A stretch of 64,000 nucleotides of DNA from Candidatus Eiseniibacteriota bacterium (GCA_965224245.1 OZ245046.1:1-64000), one strand, 5' to 3'. Positions 1 to 11,906 are shown, numbered from the stretch's first letter. Notes: a model not told the origin generated them from the sequence alone. Numbers and translations: made by a program.

Positions 1-2166
1 CAGATCTACCGAAGTGTGGACCGTGGTGACACCTGGGAGCAGCGTGACGACGGGATCATCCCCATCGAGGGTGAGCATAGCGTGCGAGGCATCACGGTCG
101 ATCCGGACAGCCAGAACGTCGTCTATGCGGCCCTCGAGGAAGGTGTGGCCGGCACCGATGGCATCGCGCGAACCAAGGGTGAAGTCTACAAGAGCACCGA
201 CGCGGGGCTGAACTGGAACCGCATCTGGCATGGAGACAATCTCGCCCGCTATGTCTGGGTCGATCCACGTGACACTCAGCGACTGTTCGTATCGACGGGC
301 ATCTTCGATCGCAACGCCGCCAACTCCGACAGCATCGGTGAGGGAGGCGGGGTCGGACTCCTCCGCAGTGAGGACGGTGGGACGAGCTGGACGGTCCTCG
401 ATGAGGACGACGGGCTGGGTGGTTTGTTCTGTCCGAGCTTGTTCATGCACCCCGAGCATCCGGACACCCTGGTGGCGGCGGTGAGCAGTCAGGAAGGGAA
501 CCCAGCACAGCCCGGTGTCTTCGTGAGCCGGGATGGAGGATCCAGCTGGGAGCTGGCCTACTCCATGCCGTCGGCCGAGGCCGTCGAGATCGCCACGGGA
601 GACACCGACGTCTGGTATGCCGCTGCGCATGACTTCATCTGCCGGAGCGACGATGGCGGGGTCACCTGGCAGGAGTTCATGATGAGGACGGAGCACAGAG
701 GAGGCGGTGTCCCCATCGACCTTCAGGTCGACCCACGAGACGCCCAGCGCATCTTCGTGAACTCGTACGGTGGGGGCAACATGATGAGCACCGATGGCGG
801 TGAGACCTGGGTCGACGCCAGTGCCGGCTACACCGGTTCCACCATGAAGGGGATCGCGGTATCGCCGATCGACGAGCGCCACGTGCTCGCAGGCGGCGCC
901 AACACGACGTTCCTCAGCCAGGATGGAGGCGAGACGTGGAGGGGGACGGACATTCCGGACGTCTCCAGCGGCGCGGTGCGAATCGTCTCCCACGACATCG
1001 GGGGGGCGGGAATCGAGAGCTACACGCTGGCGAGTGGTGGCTTCGATGACGGAAACGTCTATCGAAGCTTCGATTTCGGTCTCAACTGGGAGTCCACGCT
1101 GGTCGTGGATCTCGAGGCGTTCGAGGACAGCGCGGGCGTTCCTCCGGAGACCCGATACGGCGCGAGAGCACTCGCCTTTGCGCCCTCCAACCCGCAGAAG
1201 GTCTACATCGGCTACTCCGAACGTTCGGCGGTGCTGTTCGCCTGGGGTGAGTACCAGAGCACCTCCCCCGGGTTCTTCCGCTCCAGCGACGGAGGCGTGA
1301 CGTGGGAGCAAGTTCATGACCTGCCCTTCGACAACGTTTCCATTCTCACGATCGCGGTGCATCCCTTCGACGAAGGATTGATCTACGCGTCGACGATGAC
1401 AGGGGTCTACCTCAGCCCGACCGGTGGAGAATCGTGGGAGCATCTGGCGTCGCTCGAGGACGTCGTGCCGTCGTATCCGGAGGAGGGTCTCCCACCGATC
1501 TACGTGGTGGCGATCGATCCGTTCGACCCGGACCGGGTCTATGCAGGAAGCCCGCGTGGGGGTATCTTTCGAAGCGCCGACGCCGGAAGCACCTGGGTGG
1601 CGTCCAGTTTCGGGATGGATCCCAACGAGGCCATTCAGGACATTCTGCCGGATCCCAACCGCCCTGGCGTGATCTACGCCACGTCGCGCGAGTCGGGGGT
1701 CTTCTTCTCCGACGACCGAGCGCTCACCTGGTACAACCTGCACGACGGTTATCCGGACGTTGCCGCCATACAGCTGGCGCTCTCACAGGACGGCACGGTT
1801 CTCTATGCGGGTAGTGCGACCCGAGGTGTGTTCCGGCTCGGTGAGCCCGACACTCCGGCACTGACCGGCGAGCCGACCTCGACGCACTTCGGCTTCCGCC
1901 TCGAGCACAACTCGCCCAATCCGTTCAACCCCAGGACGCTGATTCGCTACACGCTTCCCGAACGGGTCCGCGTGAGACTACGGATCCTGAACGTCGCGGG
2001 GAGGGAAGTCACCCGCCTGGTGGACAGCGTTCGGAATCCAGGCAAACACGTCGTGCCATGGAACGGAACCGACGCCGGTGGTCGCGCCGTGGCGAGTGGG
2101 ACCTACTTCTGTGAGCTTCGGGTAGGCGGAGCGTCCGTGACGGGAAAGATGATGATCCTCAGGTAG
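1..2166 (+). CDS. 5'-truncated VPS10/BNR (Asp-box) beta-propeller protein with C-terminal FlgD-Ig/T9SS-type sorting domain
   Basis: Frame open from base 1 (QIYRSVDRGDTW). Many SxDGGxTW Asp-box repeats. C-terminus NSPNPFNPRT...WNGTDAGG...SGTYF...GKMMILR. Confidence 0.9.
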   Translation, partial: QIYRSVDRGDTWEQRDDGIIPIEGEHSVRGITVDPDSQNVVYAALEEGVAGTDGIARTKGEVYKSTDAGLNWNRIWHGDNLARYVWVDPRDTQRLFVSTGIFDRNAANSDSIGEGGGVGLLRSEDGGTSWTVLDEDDGLGGLFCPSLFMHPEHPDTLVAAVSSQEGNPAQPGVFVSRDGGSSWELAYSMPSAEAVEIATGDTDVWYAAAHDFICRSDDGGVTWQEFMMRTEHRGGGVPIDLQVDPRDAQRIFVNSYGGGNMMSTDGGETWVDASAGYTGSTMKGIAVSPIDERHVLAGGANTTFLSQDGGETWRGTDIPDVSSGAVRIVSHDIGGAGIESYTLASGGFDDGNVYRSFDFGLNWESTLVVDLEAFEDSAGVPPETRYGARALAFAPSNPQKVYIGYSERSAVLFAWGEYQSTSPGFFRSSDGGVTWEQVHDLPFDNVSILTIAVHPFDEGLIYASTMTGVYLSPTGGESWEHLASLEDVVPSYPEEGLPPIYVVAIDPFDPDRVYAGSPRGGIFRSADAGSTWVASSFGMDPNEAIQDILPDPNRPGVIYATSRESGVFFSDDRALTWYNLHDGYPDVAAIQLALSQDGTVLYAGSATRGVFRLGEPDTPALTGEPTSTHFGFRLEHNSPNPFNPRTLIRYTLPERVRVRLRILNVAGREVTRLVDSVRNPGKHVVPWNGTDAGGRAVASGTYFCELRVGGASVTGKMMILR

Positions 2167-2186
2167 CGGGCAGACGTTCCATGGAG

Positions 2187-2214
2187 GGCGGGGTGTGCAC
2201 TCGCACACCCCGCC
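2187..2214. terminator. Probable bidirectional terminator hairpin between convergent genes
   Basis: Perfect 12-bp stem GGCGGGGTGTGC-ACTC-GCACACCCCGCC between stops at 2166 (+) and 2236 (-). No strong U-tract. Confidence 0.65.
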
Positions 2215-2235
2215 GCAGTTACGAGAGCATCCAAA

Positions 2236-3135
2236 CTACGATGCGAGGTCGTCGGCGATCGAGCCACCGGTATCCGTGACCGCGTCGGCTCGCCGGTCCA
2301 GGAGCCATACCTCGGTCGGGATCGTTCCCAGTTCGCCCGGCTGGGCCTTCACGTAGGACTCCACGATGATCTCGCCGCCGCCTTCTCCACCTCCGGGATC
2401 GTCGCCGTCGCTGCAGGAGGAACCCGGTTCGCACTCGTTGCGCTTGGGATAGCTGGCGAGTGACATCAAGCACTCCCTCCCGTCGCGTACCGTCAGGCAC
2501 TTGTAGTAGATGTACCACTCGACGGTGGCCCCGTTGGGGCGCCGCGGGCCCGGCTGCTCGCCGCTCCGCTCATGGGCGGAGCCGCCGTCCGGTGGACCAC
2601 ACTCGGATCCGAAGTCGCAGAGATCCCAGACGTCGGCGTTCCGCTCGGCCGTGAAGACCTCGTAGAAGCCACATCCGGCGGATCCGCAGCCGCGGATCAC
2701 GCGCCAGTGCGACCCCGGGGGACCGACGGCCAGGTTGGCCACGACCGCCAGCGACGCACCGAAGTACCGGGGTCGTAAGACCGCAGGAACCTCCAGCACG
2801 ATGAACGGCGACTGCAGCTCGGGTGCGAGCGTCTCGGCGTAGATGAAGTCGTCTCCTGACTGGACCGATTCGAACGCGAACGCCGGCAGTCCGCTCCAGG
2901 AGAAGATGCTCGCGGTGCTCGCGAGCAAGATGCGGTCGGCGTCGATGTTCGCGCCGACGAACGATGACAGATGCTGAGCGAGCTGTGCCACCGGATCGAT
3001 CCGAGCCTCGACCTCGTTCGTCGCGTGGTCGTCCGAGCGCACGATCGGACGATCCGAACAGCCGATCGTGACGCCGGCGGCCAGGACGGCCGCGAGTCCT
3101 AGTCGCGTCGCCTGATGAGGGGATAGAGTGCACAT
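2236..3135 (-). CDS. Hypothetical Cys-rich lipoprotein
   Basis: GGAGG RBS before ATG at 3135. Signal MCTLSPHQATRLGLAAVLAAGVTIG-C (lipobox-like). Several Cys pairs in the C-terminal half. Confidence 0.65.
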   Translation of the reverse strand: MCTLSPHQATRLGLAAVLAAGVTIGCSDRPIVRSDDHATNEVEARIDPVAQLAQHLSSFVGANIDADRILLASTASIFSWSGLPAFAFESVQSGDDFIYAETLAPELQSPFIVLEVPAVLRPRYFGASLAVVANLAVGPPGSHWRVIRGCGSAGCGFYEVFTAERNADVWDLCDFGSECGPPDGGSAHERSGEQPGPRRPNGATVEWYIYYKCLTVRDGRECLMSLASYPKRNECEPGSSCSDGDDPGGGEGGGEIIVESYVKAQPGELGTIPTEVWLLDRRADAVTDTGGSIADDLAS

Positions 3136-3475
3136 CTTCGAGCCTCCCTTCTCGGTGGGCCTGACACTGCGGGCGACTCGTTGAATCAGACGTCCTGGGG
3201 CACCGAAGCGAACGGAATACACGGACTCTCGATGACGCGCACGTAGGGAGGAGCGGGATCCGGATGCGATCGGCGAGCTCGGGACGCCCGATGGCGCGCA
3301 GGTCGGTGACGAGTCGGCGGAGAAGCACGTTCTGGGCCGAAGGCGGGAGTACGAGGCGCAGTTCCTGGATCGGGGCGATGACGACTACGAACGTGAGCGT
3401 TCCAGGCGTAGAATGGAGTCGACGCGAGGCCGGGAAGCTGTGCGGCTGCCACCCTTAAGCGAGGAGGTCGCGAGC

Positions 3476-5768
3476 GTGGAGCCTCCCCGACTTGTACGCC
3501 GGCGTGGTTGCCGGTCCCTCATGCCCGGCGGCACCCTTCTGCTCCTCGGCGTGCTTGGATGGTCGTGTAACGATGGATCGACCGGGCGGATGACGACGGG
3601 AGCCCAGCGGACACGCTCCTGGCGGTCGACAGCTACAATCTCCCAGCCGGCGAGACCGCGGAATTCCCCGCGGGTTTCGCGATCGTGGCCACCGACAGCG
3701 TCGACATTGCCGGTGAGCTGATCGTCCGTACGTCACGGCCCGGTGACTTCACCATCCGTGTGCTCGGGGGCGTTCTCCGCGTCAGCGGCCGTGTGGCCGT
3801 GGAGGAGGCTTCGGAGATCCGGAAGAGGGGATCTGTCCGCGCACCCGCGGAGAGCGGCGGATCGCGCCCGGGAACGCGGCTGTTCCTCATCGTCGACCGA
3901 CCGGGCGGACACATCGTCATCAACCCGGGCGCCCAGCTCGAGTCCGGGAATGGACGCGACGCACGCGACGAGACGCTCATCACGGGCGTTCGACATGTCG
4001 GTTCGGTCGGCGCTCCGGGTTGGCGACATCGTTCTTCGAGCGCGCGGCGGCTCCATCGTCCTGCAGGACGTGGCGAGGCCGCCACGACCGGTCTTCGTGC
4101 TGGGACGGGGCGGACACGGGGCCAACGTCACGGTCAACCGAAGCGACTTTCAGACCAGCGACACCATGCTGGAGGTCATTGCGGGACGAGGCGGGGACTC
4201 GGGCATCCTGATGCTGGAGGCGGACGTGATCACGGGTGTCCCTTCCGTGGAGGAGATCGGAACCGAGGTCGAGCCTCTCGCCGGCGGAGCCGGAGGCGAC
4301 GGCGGTTACGTGATGTGGCACAACAGCAACAGGCCTCTGTTCTCGGGAGTCGGGAGCATCACGACCACCTACCCGCTCGAGGAGATCGTGTTCCGTGGGG
4401 GGGGACGGAGGTAACGGCACAATCCAGGGCGGCGACGGCGGCTTCGCCGCCTACTGGAGCTTGCGGGTGATCAACGAACGCGGCGACCCCATCACCTCGG
4501 TCTCGGTGAACGGCGGCAACGGCGGCGATGTATTCGCTTCAACCATCCCCATCGGGTTGGCCCAGGGGGGCGAGGGCGGTGAGTACATGGCCCTCGGAAA
4601 CCACGGCTGGAGCGGGGCCCCCGCCGACAGCGCAGGTCCCATCCGCGGGGCCGACGGCGGTGACGTCGAGGGACGCGGCGGAAACGGCGGCGATGTCGGA
4701 GACGACGTGGCGTTTCGAAACGCCATCGGGGGAGACGGCGGCAACAGCGAGCTTGCGCGCACCGCGCTCCTGGCCGAGCTCAGGGAGCTCGGCTACTCGT
4801 GGGTGGGCACACCGGACCTGGAGGACCACTCCGCACAGTGGATCGTGGCGGGCCTACCGGGAAGCGGAGGTGACAGCGACTGCGACGGCTGTCCAGGCGG
4901 GGACAGTGGAAGCTCGGGGACCGCCGTGGGGATCGGCGGGGACGGTGGCAGCGTCCCGATCCGTGGCGGCGCGCGGGGCGGCCGCGGAGGGGACGTGTGG
5001 GAGGTGCTCAGCTACCTTCCCGACGATCCGGACGGGTTTGCATCGATTCGCGGGGGCGACGGAAGTCCCCCGGGAACCGGAGGCTGCTTTCAAGCCGCAC
5101 TGGCGTCGCCGGGATTGGGAGGCGCGGGCTTCCTCCCCGGCGATGACGGCGTCTATCTGGATCTGTGGGATGCGGGCTCCCCGGTGTGCTGGCCGGATGG
5201 AGAGCCGTGCGGCGAGGGCCTCACGTGTGCTCCCGGTGGACGGTGCTTCGAGCAGGTGGGAGCGTTGTTCACCGCCTCCGAGATCAGAACGGGGGAGTGC
5301 GTCGACACGTCCCGCGGCGTCACCGAGATTCGAAGGACGTCGCTCGACCAGACGGGGTTGCTGGGCTTCGATGGGGTCGTCATGGACTGGGTATGGACCG
5401 TCGAGGAGACTCACCACTCCTATTTCGAGGTCCAGTCCGACGCGGGCACCTTCGTGATCACCGACACGACGTGGACGACCACCAGGCAGCTCCAGGGGAA
5501 GGAGTCCGGTGCGGTGTCTCCGCTTACCGAGCCCAAGTGTTTCCCCCCCGACGGGGCCCTCTATCTTCCGAACAACGGCACCTTCAACCACGTCAGCACC
5601 GTGCTCCAGGGTGAGGACGTGATCTGCACGAACACCGTCGTCCTGAGCTACAGCGGCTGCAATCCGCTGACATACTTCGCCGGAGTGGAGACGGGAGGCA
5701 TCTACGACGTCGGAGACTGGGAGTGCTGTCCCATCCCGACGTACACCGGTGGTGACGGCTGCCCCTAG
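3476..5768 (+). pseudogene. Gly-rich lipoprotein of about 763 aa split by three frameshifts (pseudogene or sequencing errors)
   Basis: GAGGAGG RBS, GTG start and lipobox LLLLGVLGWS-C. Coherent protein continues across frames at about 3585, about 4021 and the G8 run at 4397-4404. GGxGGxGG repeats and Cys-rich C-terminus. Confidence 0.75.
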
Positions 5769-5776
5769 GTCCTCGC

Positions 5777-8700
5777 TCAGTGAACGACGACGAGCTTGCG
5801 CGTCGCGACGCGTCGGCCGTCGACGACCAGATTCGCGAAATACACCCCGGGAGCGAGCATGTTGTGGCGGTCATCTCGACCGTCCCAGACAACCACGTGT
5901 CGCCCGGCGTCCCACCGCCCCGAGGCGAGCGTTCGCAGCGATCGACCGCCGAGGTCGTGTATGCCCAGCTCGACCCGGCCGGCAGCCGGCATGGTGAGTG
6001 TCAGGGATGCTCCCGGTCGGATCGGATTTGCGCCGACCTGGAGGCGAAGGCCGGCATCGAGGCCGGGGGACTCACTCGCCAGCGGTGCCGGCAACGCCGT
6101 GGCCAGGTCGGCCTCCTCCCAACCGGTTTCCGGGATGTGCAGCCAGGGGCCGTGGCTCTGGTACGGGGCACGCGTCGGGTCGAGCCGGCATCGGGCGCGC
6201 CAGTGATAGGACGTCGACGCCACGAGTCCGCCGATCGTGATGTCGAACGCCGCCGAGCCGGTCACGCCCGTATCGACGATGTCTCCGAGCAGCGTCCCAA
6301 TGCCGTCGAAGGGAACGCCCACCGGCTTGACCTCGACCTCCAGCTGAAGATCGGTACGGCCCACGACAGACGGGAGCGTCGCCCGGAGTCGGAACTCGTT
6401 CTCGCTGTCCGATCGTGCGCCGGGTGGGATCGGCGTGATGCCGTCGGTGCGGAGCTGTCGCAGCGCGACGTTTCGGCCGGGACCCGAGTTGCCCAGGAAG
6501 AGGAGCGCGCGTCCCTCGTCGACGTATGTGCCGTCGTACAGGTGCGCGGTCGCGACGATGTCGGCGTAACCGTCGCCGTTCACGTCACCGACTCCGGCGA
6601 GGCGTCGCCCGAGCTCCTCGCCAGTCTGCTCGCCCGAGAAGCCCCAGGGAGCGGTCGCGGCCGTGCCCGTCAGTCCCGACGGTGAGCCGAGGAACGCGAA
6701 GACGCGCCCGCCATCGGCCACCACGTCGTCGAACAGGGAGGCGCCGACCACCACGTCCGCGAACCCGTCGCCGTTGAGATCTCCTGCGCCGGAGACGGCG
6801 ATCCCCATGTACCCCAGCGTCTGATCGCTCTCCACCGACCAGGCCGGAGCGGCATCGAGTCCCGACGGACCGCCGTGATAGACGTAGGCACGTCCCTCGT
6901 CGGTGTTCCCCGCGTTGTACTTGTACGTGCCCACGATCACGTCGGCATACCCGTCGCCGTTGACGTCGCCGGCGGCGGCGAGTTCTCGGCCGAACCAGGC
7001 CTCGGTCTGGTCACCCTCCGCCGTCCAGGCAGGGACGTCGGACACGCCGCCCGGTCCACCGAGGTAGAGATACACGATCCCCTCATCGGAGTGACCGCCG
7101 TCCTGGTAGTAGGCCCCGGCGATCACGTCCGCGTAGCCGTCGGCGTTCACGTCGCCGGCCGTGGAGACCGCGATGCCGAGCCGGCCGTCGGCCTGCCCGC
7201 CGTCGATGACCACGGCGGGTGTCGACTCGAGTCCCGTGGCCGATCCGTGGTAGACGACGACGCGTCCATCGTCGACGTCGGCGCCGTCGTGCAGGTACGC
7301 GCCGATGACGACGTCGGCGTAGCCGTCGGCGTTCACGTCGCCGGCGCCGCTCACCGACACGCCGAAGGCGGCGTTCATCTGACCGCCCTCGGCGAACCAG
7401 TCGGGCGTGAGCGACGGGCCGGACGGCGAGCCGTGGTACACGTACACGAATCCCTCGTCGGCCTCGCCGTCCTCGTACCCGAACGCGCCGACGATGAGAT
7501 CGCCGAAGCCGTCGCCGTTCACGTCGCCCGCGCCTGCGATGTCGTAGCCGAGGAACGCATCGACCTGATCCCCGTCGACCGTCCACGAGGGTGTCGGCTC
7601 GAGTCCGTTGGCGTTTCCGCGGAACAGGTAGGCGCGTCCCTCGCCGAGCTCACCATCGTCGAACGCGGCACCTCCGATGATGACGTCGGCGAATCCGTCG
7701 CCGTCCACGTCGCCGGCGCGCGCCACGTTGAGACCGATCCCGCCGTCGGTCTGCCCGGTGGTCATCGTCCAGGAATCCACGTCCGGTACGTCGGCCGACC
7801 CGTAGTAGGCGTACGCGGCACCCACGCCGTTCTCGCTCGGAGACCCCACGAGGACGTCCGAGAAGCCGTCGTCATCGACGTCTCCGGCGCCGGCCACGGC
7901 GGCGCCGAACACGGAGCCGTCATGTGCCCCGGTCACGGTCCAGCTCGGTTCGTCGTCGAGCAGGCCGTCCGACCGTCCGAGGTAGATCGACGCTTCCCCG
8001 AAGCCGTAGACGGACCCGACGATGATGTCCGCCAGGCCGTCACCGTTCACATCGCCGGCCGATCCGACATCTTCACCGATCGGGTTTGCCGCGTCGCCGA
8101 CGATGGCGTCCCGTATGTCCAGCCCCGACGGGGATCCGAGGTAGAGCGCCACCAGCCCGACGTCGTCGAGCCCATCGTTGTAGCCGGCCGCGCCCACGGC
8201 CACGTCCGCATAGCCGTCTCCATCGTAGTCGCCCACGCTGGCGATGGCGGTGCCCAGATACGCGGAGTCCTCGTGCCACTGGCCCGCCCATGCCGGCGTG
8301 GGCAGCAGTCCCTGCGACGACCCCAGATAGAGGAAGATCCGCCCCGGGTCGGTGTCTCCGAGGTAGTCGTGAAACGGCGCCCCGACGACGACGTCGGAGT
8401 AGCCATCGCCGTTCACGTCGGTCGCGACCAGGGCACGACCGAACCGAGCTCCTGGCTCGTTACGCTCGGCAATCCAGTCGGGGAAGACGCTGGGACCGGT
8501 CGCCGACCCGTGATGGACGAACACGCGGCCCTCGCCGTTGTAGCCGGGAGCGCCGAGGATCACGTCGTCGTAACCGTCACCGTTCACGTCGCCACCACCG
8601 AGCGACCACCCGAGGTTCGCGCTGAACCGATCGCCGTACACGACCCACGACGGCGTCGACTCGAGTCCGATGGCCGAGCCCAGGTAGAGGGCCACCCGTC

Positions 8701-9148
8701 CCTCGTCGACCTCGATGCGATCGTGAAAGGCCGCACAGATCAGCACGTCGGAGTAGCCGTCGCCGTTCACGTCGCCCGCCGTGGCGACCGAGGTACCGAG
8801 GCTCTCCTGACTCTGCACACCCTCGACGGACCACGCCGGCGAGGTGAGAAGCCCCGTGGGTGAGCCGTGGTACACGTAGACGACGCCGCCCTCGTTGTAC
8901 GTGGAGTCGTGGTCCGCAGCGGAGACGATGACGTCCGAATGACCGTCGCCGTTCACGTCCCCGGCCGTGGCCATGGCCCATCCCATGAGACCGGACGACT
9001 GAGTGCCGGACACTCTCCAGTCGTACGTGACATCGATCGCGTGGCCGGCTCGATCGGAGGACCGGACGGGCGACGCCATCACGACACTGACCAGGATCAC
9101 GGCGACGAGCGGGGAATGCAGCGGTCGGAAAGCGCCGGGATCGTTCAT
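5777..9148 (-). CDS. Integrin-alpha-like FG-GAP repeat protein (about two propellers) with FlgD-Ig/T9SS-type C-terminal domain
   Basis: About 14 repeats of AGDVNGDGYxDVxVGA. Signal peptide after MNDPGAF. C-terminus WDGRDDRH...PGVYF...RKLVVVH. Confidence 0.92.
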   Translation of the reverse strand: MNDPGAFRPLHSPLVAVILVSVVMASPVRSSDRAGHAIDVTYDWRVSGTQSSGLMGWAMATAGDVNGDGHSDVIVSAADHDSTYNEGGVVYVYHGSPTGLLTSPAWSVEGVQSQESLGTSVATAGDVNGDGYSDVLICAAFHDRIEVDEGRVALYLGSAIGLESTPSWVVYGDRFSANLGWSLGGGDVNGDGYDDVILGAPGYNGEGRVFVHHGSATGPSVFPDWIAERNEPGARFGRALVATDVNGDGYSDVVVGAPFHDYLGDTDPGRIFLYLGSSQGLLPTPAWAGQWHEDSAYLGTAIASVGDYDGDGYADVAVGAAGYNDGLDDVGLVALYLGSPSGLDIRDAIVGDAANPIGEDVGSAGDVNGDGLADIIVGSVYGFGEASIYLGRSDGLLDDEPSWTVTGAHDGSVFGAAVAGAGDVDDDGFSDVLVGSPSENGVGAAYAYYGSADVPDVDSWTMTTGQTDGGIGLNVARAGDVDGDGFADVIIGGAAFDDGELGEGRAYLFRGNANGLEPTPSWTVDGDQVDAFLGYDIAGAGDVNGDGFGDLIVGAFGYEDGEADEGFVYVYHGSPSGPSLTPDWFAEGGQMNAAFGVSVSGAGDVNADGYADVVIGAYLHDGADVDDGRVVVYHGSATGLESTPAVVIDGGQADGRLGIAVSTAGDVNADGYADVIAGAYYQDGGHSDEGIVYLYLGGPGGVSDVPAWTAEGDQTEAWFGRELAAAGDVNGDGYADVIVGTYKYNAGNTDEGRAYVYHGGPSGLDAAPAWSVESDQTLGYMGIAVSGAGDLNGDGFADVVVGASLFDDVVADGGRVFAFLGSPSGLTGTAATAPWGFSGEQTGEELGRRLAGVGDVNGDGYADIVATAHLYDGTYVDEGRALLFLGNSGPGRNVALRQLRTDGITPIPPGARSDSENEFRLRATLPSVVGRTDLQLEVEVKPVGVPFDGIGTLLGDIVDTGVTGSAAFDITIGGLVASTSYHWRARCRLDPTRAPYQSHGPWLHIPETGWEEADLATALPAPLASESPGLDAGLRLQVGANPIRPGASLTLTMPAAGRVELGIHDLGGRSLRTLASGRWDAGRHVVVWDGRDDRHNMLAPGVYFANLVVDGRRVATRKLVVVH

Positions 9149-9479
9149 CGAGCTCCCACGGATGCCAGAGTCGGTGTCGGCGGCTGCCCATCCTCGTGGT
9201 GGCTGGACATCCGGGAATCGGAGACGCGGTCGGCGCCGGCCAACAAGAGGTCCAATTCTACACGGAAGCCATGAGTGCGGGACCAAAAACGTGCACCCAC
9301 GGACGCAACCAGGACTCCGTGTGCGTCGATGGAGCTCCCGAGCAGGCGAAAGGTTGATAGGAGGAGCCATCGATTCTCGGACTGGATGAGGGAGGCCGGG
9401 CCCGAACGCCCGGCGCGATGGACGCACGGTTGGACCGGGCCCCTGCGCGGCCTGCCGTATCGACGCAGGAGGAGACTCG

Positions 9480-11789
9480 ATGGTGACGACGCCCTGGCTC
9501 CGGACCGCCTGCGCGGCAGCGACAGCAGCGGCGCTCTCGACTCCGACCGCGGGTCTGGCGGATCACGCCGACCTTCCGCCCACGTGTCCCGACTACATCT
9601 ACTACGGCAACAACCCCGGCGACAGCGAGGCACCCGACTGGAGCGAGCAAGCACAGGGTGTGGCGCACGACGAGGACCACTGGTACTTCAGCCAGAAGAC
9701 CCAGCTGTTCAAGTACGAGGCGGCATGGTCCCCGCGAGATGACGGGGACGACGCGGGCTTGCTTCTCCACGTCGGCATTCCCCAGCGGATGAATGACGAG
9801 GTGGCCGAGCTCCCGGACTGGGCTCACGAAGAGTACGATCACTTCGGCGACCCCGATCAGTATCGCGGGTACCTCTTCATGCCCATCGAGACCGGCCCGG
9901 AATCCTATCTCTTCGAGGACATATACGTCCGCCGGTCGGCACTCGGCGTGTTTCGGACGTCGGATCTCTCCCTCGTGGATTACGTCGAGATGACCCACCT
10001 CCTCCCGGATCCCGATCAGCAGACACGCTCGGGCTGGATCGCCGTCGATCCTGTGGCCTCGGCGTTCGATCCGATGGGGAGGATCATCCTCTACTCCAGC
10101 AACAGCACGATCGAGGAATCGCGGCCGATGATCCGTTACGCCCTGGACATCGAGAAGCTCGAGGACACGGCCACGTCCGGGGACTTTCTCGAGTTCGTCG
10201 AGTACGTCCGGCTGCGAGAGACCGGCGGCGCGCCCGTCACCTTTCCGTATCGGACCATGCAGGGTGGCGTCTTCACGCCGTGGGGAGATCTCTATCTCTC
10301 GAACGGCAACGCACGGGACTCCCACTACGATCAGCGTGGAGGCATCCACCTGTTCCGCCGGACCGGCGTCAGCGAGGCGTTCGAGCTGGTGCAGCAGTCA
10401 CAGCAGGACGGAGACCCTGGAGACCACACGTTCACGTTCGAGTATCACCCGGGGCTCTCGGGGTTCTATCAGGAGCCGGAGGGCATCGACTGGTGGAATC
10501 GACGACCCGGCTCCGACTCCCCGTATCCGGGGCAGCTTCACGCCATCCTGCTCGACAACCAGGTCGACGACGACAACATCTGGCTCAAGCACTATGAGGT
10601 CACGTACACCTGCGTCCTCGAAGAGGACCGGGACATCGATGGCGTCCCCGACGGTGAGGAGGCGTACACGTACAACACGAGTCCCCTCCTGTGGGACACC
10701 GACCTGGACGGACTCGGTGACGGAGTGGAGATCGACGTCCTCGGGACCGATCCCCTGCAGATGGACACCGACGGGGACGGCACGACCGACGGTGACGAGG
10801 ACCATGACCTGGATGGGCTCACGAATCTCGGGGAGCTGACCGGGGAGAGCCGGACCGATCCCGCGGATCCCGACACGGACGACGACGGGCTCCTGGACGG
10901 GGAGGAGGACGCGAACGCGAATTCGCGGGTCGATGCGGGTGAGACGGACCCCAACGACCCGGACACCGACGATGACGGAGTCTCCGATGGCGACGAGCTG
11001 CTCGCGGGCACCGATCCCCTCGGCGCGGACACCGACGGTGACGGCTTGAACGATGGCGAGGAGGTGCTGTCCGGGACGGATCCCCTGGATCCGGATACCG
11101 ACGACGACGAGCTGACCGACGGCTTCGAGGTGGCCCTGGGGCTCGATCCCACCGACCCCGATGGCGACGGCGATGGCATCGTGGACGGGGAGGACGTGGA
11201 GTGGCTGCAGGACGCCGTCGCGGCGCTCCCCGGATCGGCTTTCCTGGATGCCCAGGAGGGACTCCGGTCCGCGATGCTGGTGCTCCTCGACAACGTCGAG
11301 CGAGCCGTGCTGCGGAGCGACCCGGCGACGGCACGTCAGCTCCTGAACACGCTGCTGGCGAGGCTCGATGGGTGCGGCGACGCCCCCGATGGTAGTGACT
11401 GGATCGTCACGTGTGACGATCAGGACGCGTTGCGTGAGCTCGTCGAGACGCTTCTGTTCAACCTCGCCGGTGAGTCCGCGAGAGCGTCGGTGGCCGCTGC
11501 CGGGGCGGCGTCGTCAGGATCGACACTGCTCGCACCGCGCATGCTCTCGAACGGATCGGTCGAGCTGGGCTATGAGCTGGGGGAACGCGTCGCGGTCGTG
11601 CTCGAGATCTTCGACGCCGCCGGGCGTCGCGTGCACGCGATGGACGAGGGGGTTCGGTCGCCGGGTCGCCATCGGCTGCGATGGGATGGTCGACGCCGCT
11701 CCGACCGGCCGACACCCACGGGTGTCTACATCGTGCGTCTCCACGCCGGCGCGGACGTGCGGACACGAAAGCTCGTTCTCACCCGATGA
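9480..11789 (+). CDS. Secreted protein: propeller-like N-domain, TSP3-like Ca-binding DTDxDG repeats, helical domain, FlgD-Ig C-terminal domain
   Basis: AGGAGG RBS and Ala-rich signal peptide. Tandem [18 protein letters not shown] repeats at about 10630-11190. C-terminus WDGRRRS...GVYIV...RKLVLTR. Confidence 0.9.
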   Translation: MVTTPWLRTACAAATAAALSTPTAGLADHADLPPTCPDYIYYGNNPGDSEAPDWSEQAQGVAHDEDHWYFSQKTQLFKYEAAWSPRDDGDDAGLLLHVGIPQRMNDEVAELPDWAHEEYDHFGDPDQYRGYLFMPIETGPESYLFEDIYVRRSALGVFRTSDLSLVDYVEMTHLLPDPDQQTRSGWIAVDPVASAFDPMGRIILYSSNSTIEESRPMIRYALDIEKLEDTATSGDFLEFVEYVRLRETGGAPVTFPYRTMQGGVFTPWGDLYLSNGNARDSHYDQRGGIHLFRRTGVSEAFELVQQSQQDGDPGDHTFTFEYHPGLSGFYQEPEGIDWWNRRPGSDSPYPGQLHAILLDNQVDDDNIWLKHYEVTYTCVLEEDRDIDGVPDGEEAYTYNTSPLLWDTDLDGLGDGVEIDVLGTDPLQMDTDGDGTTDGDEDHDLDGLTNLGELTGESRTDPADPDTDDDGLLDGEEDANANSRVDAGETDPNDPDTDDDGVSDGDELLAGTDPLGADTDGDGLNDGEEVLSGTDPLDPDTDDDELTDGFEVALGLDPTDPDGDGDGIVDGEDVEWLQDAVAALPGSAFLDAQEGLRSAMLVLLDNVERAVLRSDPATARQLLNTLLARLDGCGDAPDGSDWIVTCDDQDALRELVETLLFNLAGESARASVAAAGAASSGSTLLAPRMLSNGSVELGYELGERVAVVLEIFDAAGRRVHAMDEGVRSPGRHRLRWDGRRRSDRPTPTGVYIVRLHAGADVRTRKLVLTR

Positions 11790-11906
11790 CTCTCGCAGTG
11801 AGCCTGCACGACGCATCTGAGGCCGTTGGAATTCTCGGATACCGGGCGACAGCCCAGCCAGCAGCGGTACGGCGACTCGTACCCGTCCTCGGCCCCGTCG
11901 CTCGCG

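Noticed and set aside
6875-8863. 662-aa plus-strand ORF with repetitive VAVHVAG text
   Set aside because: Antisense shadow of the FG-GAP gene. Long shadow ORFs are expected at this GC content.
10630-11190. Tandem nucleotide repeats that could suggest a CRISPR array
   Set aside because: They are in-frame degenerate codons for DTDxDG protein repeats, with no invariant repeat/spacer structure and no cas genes.
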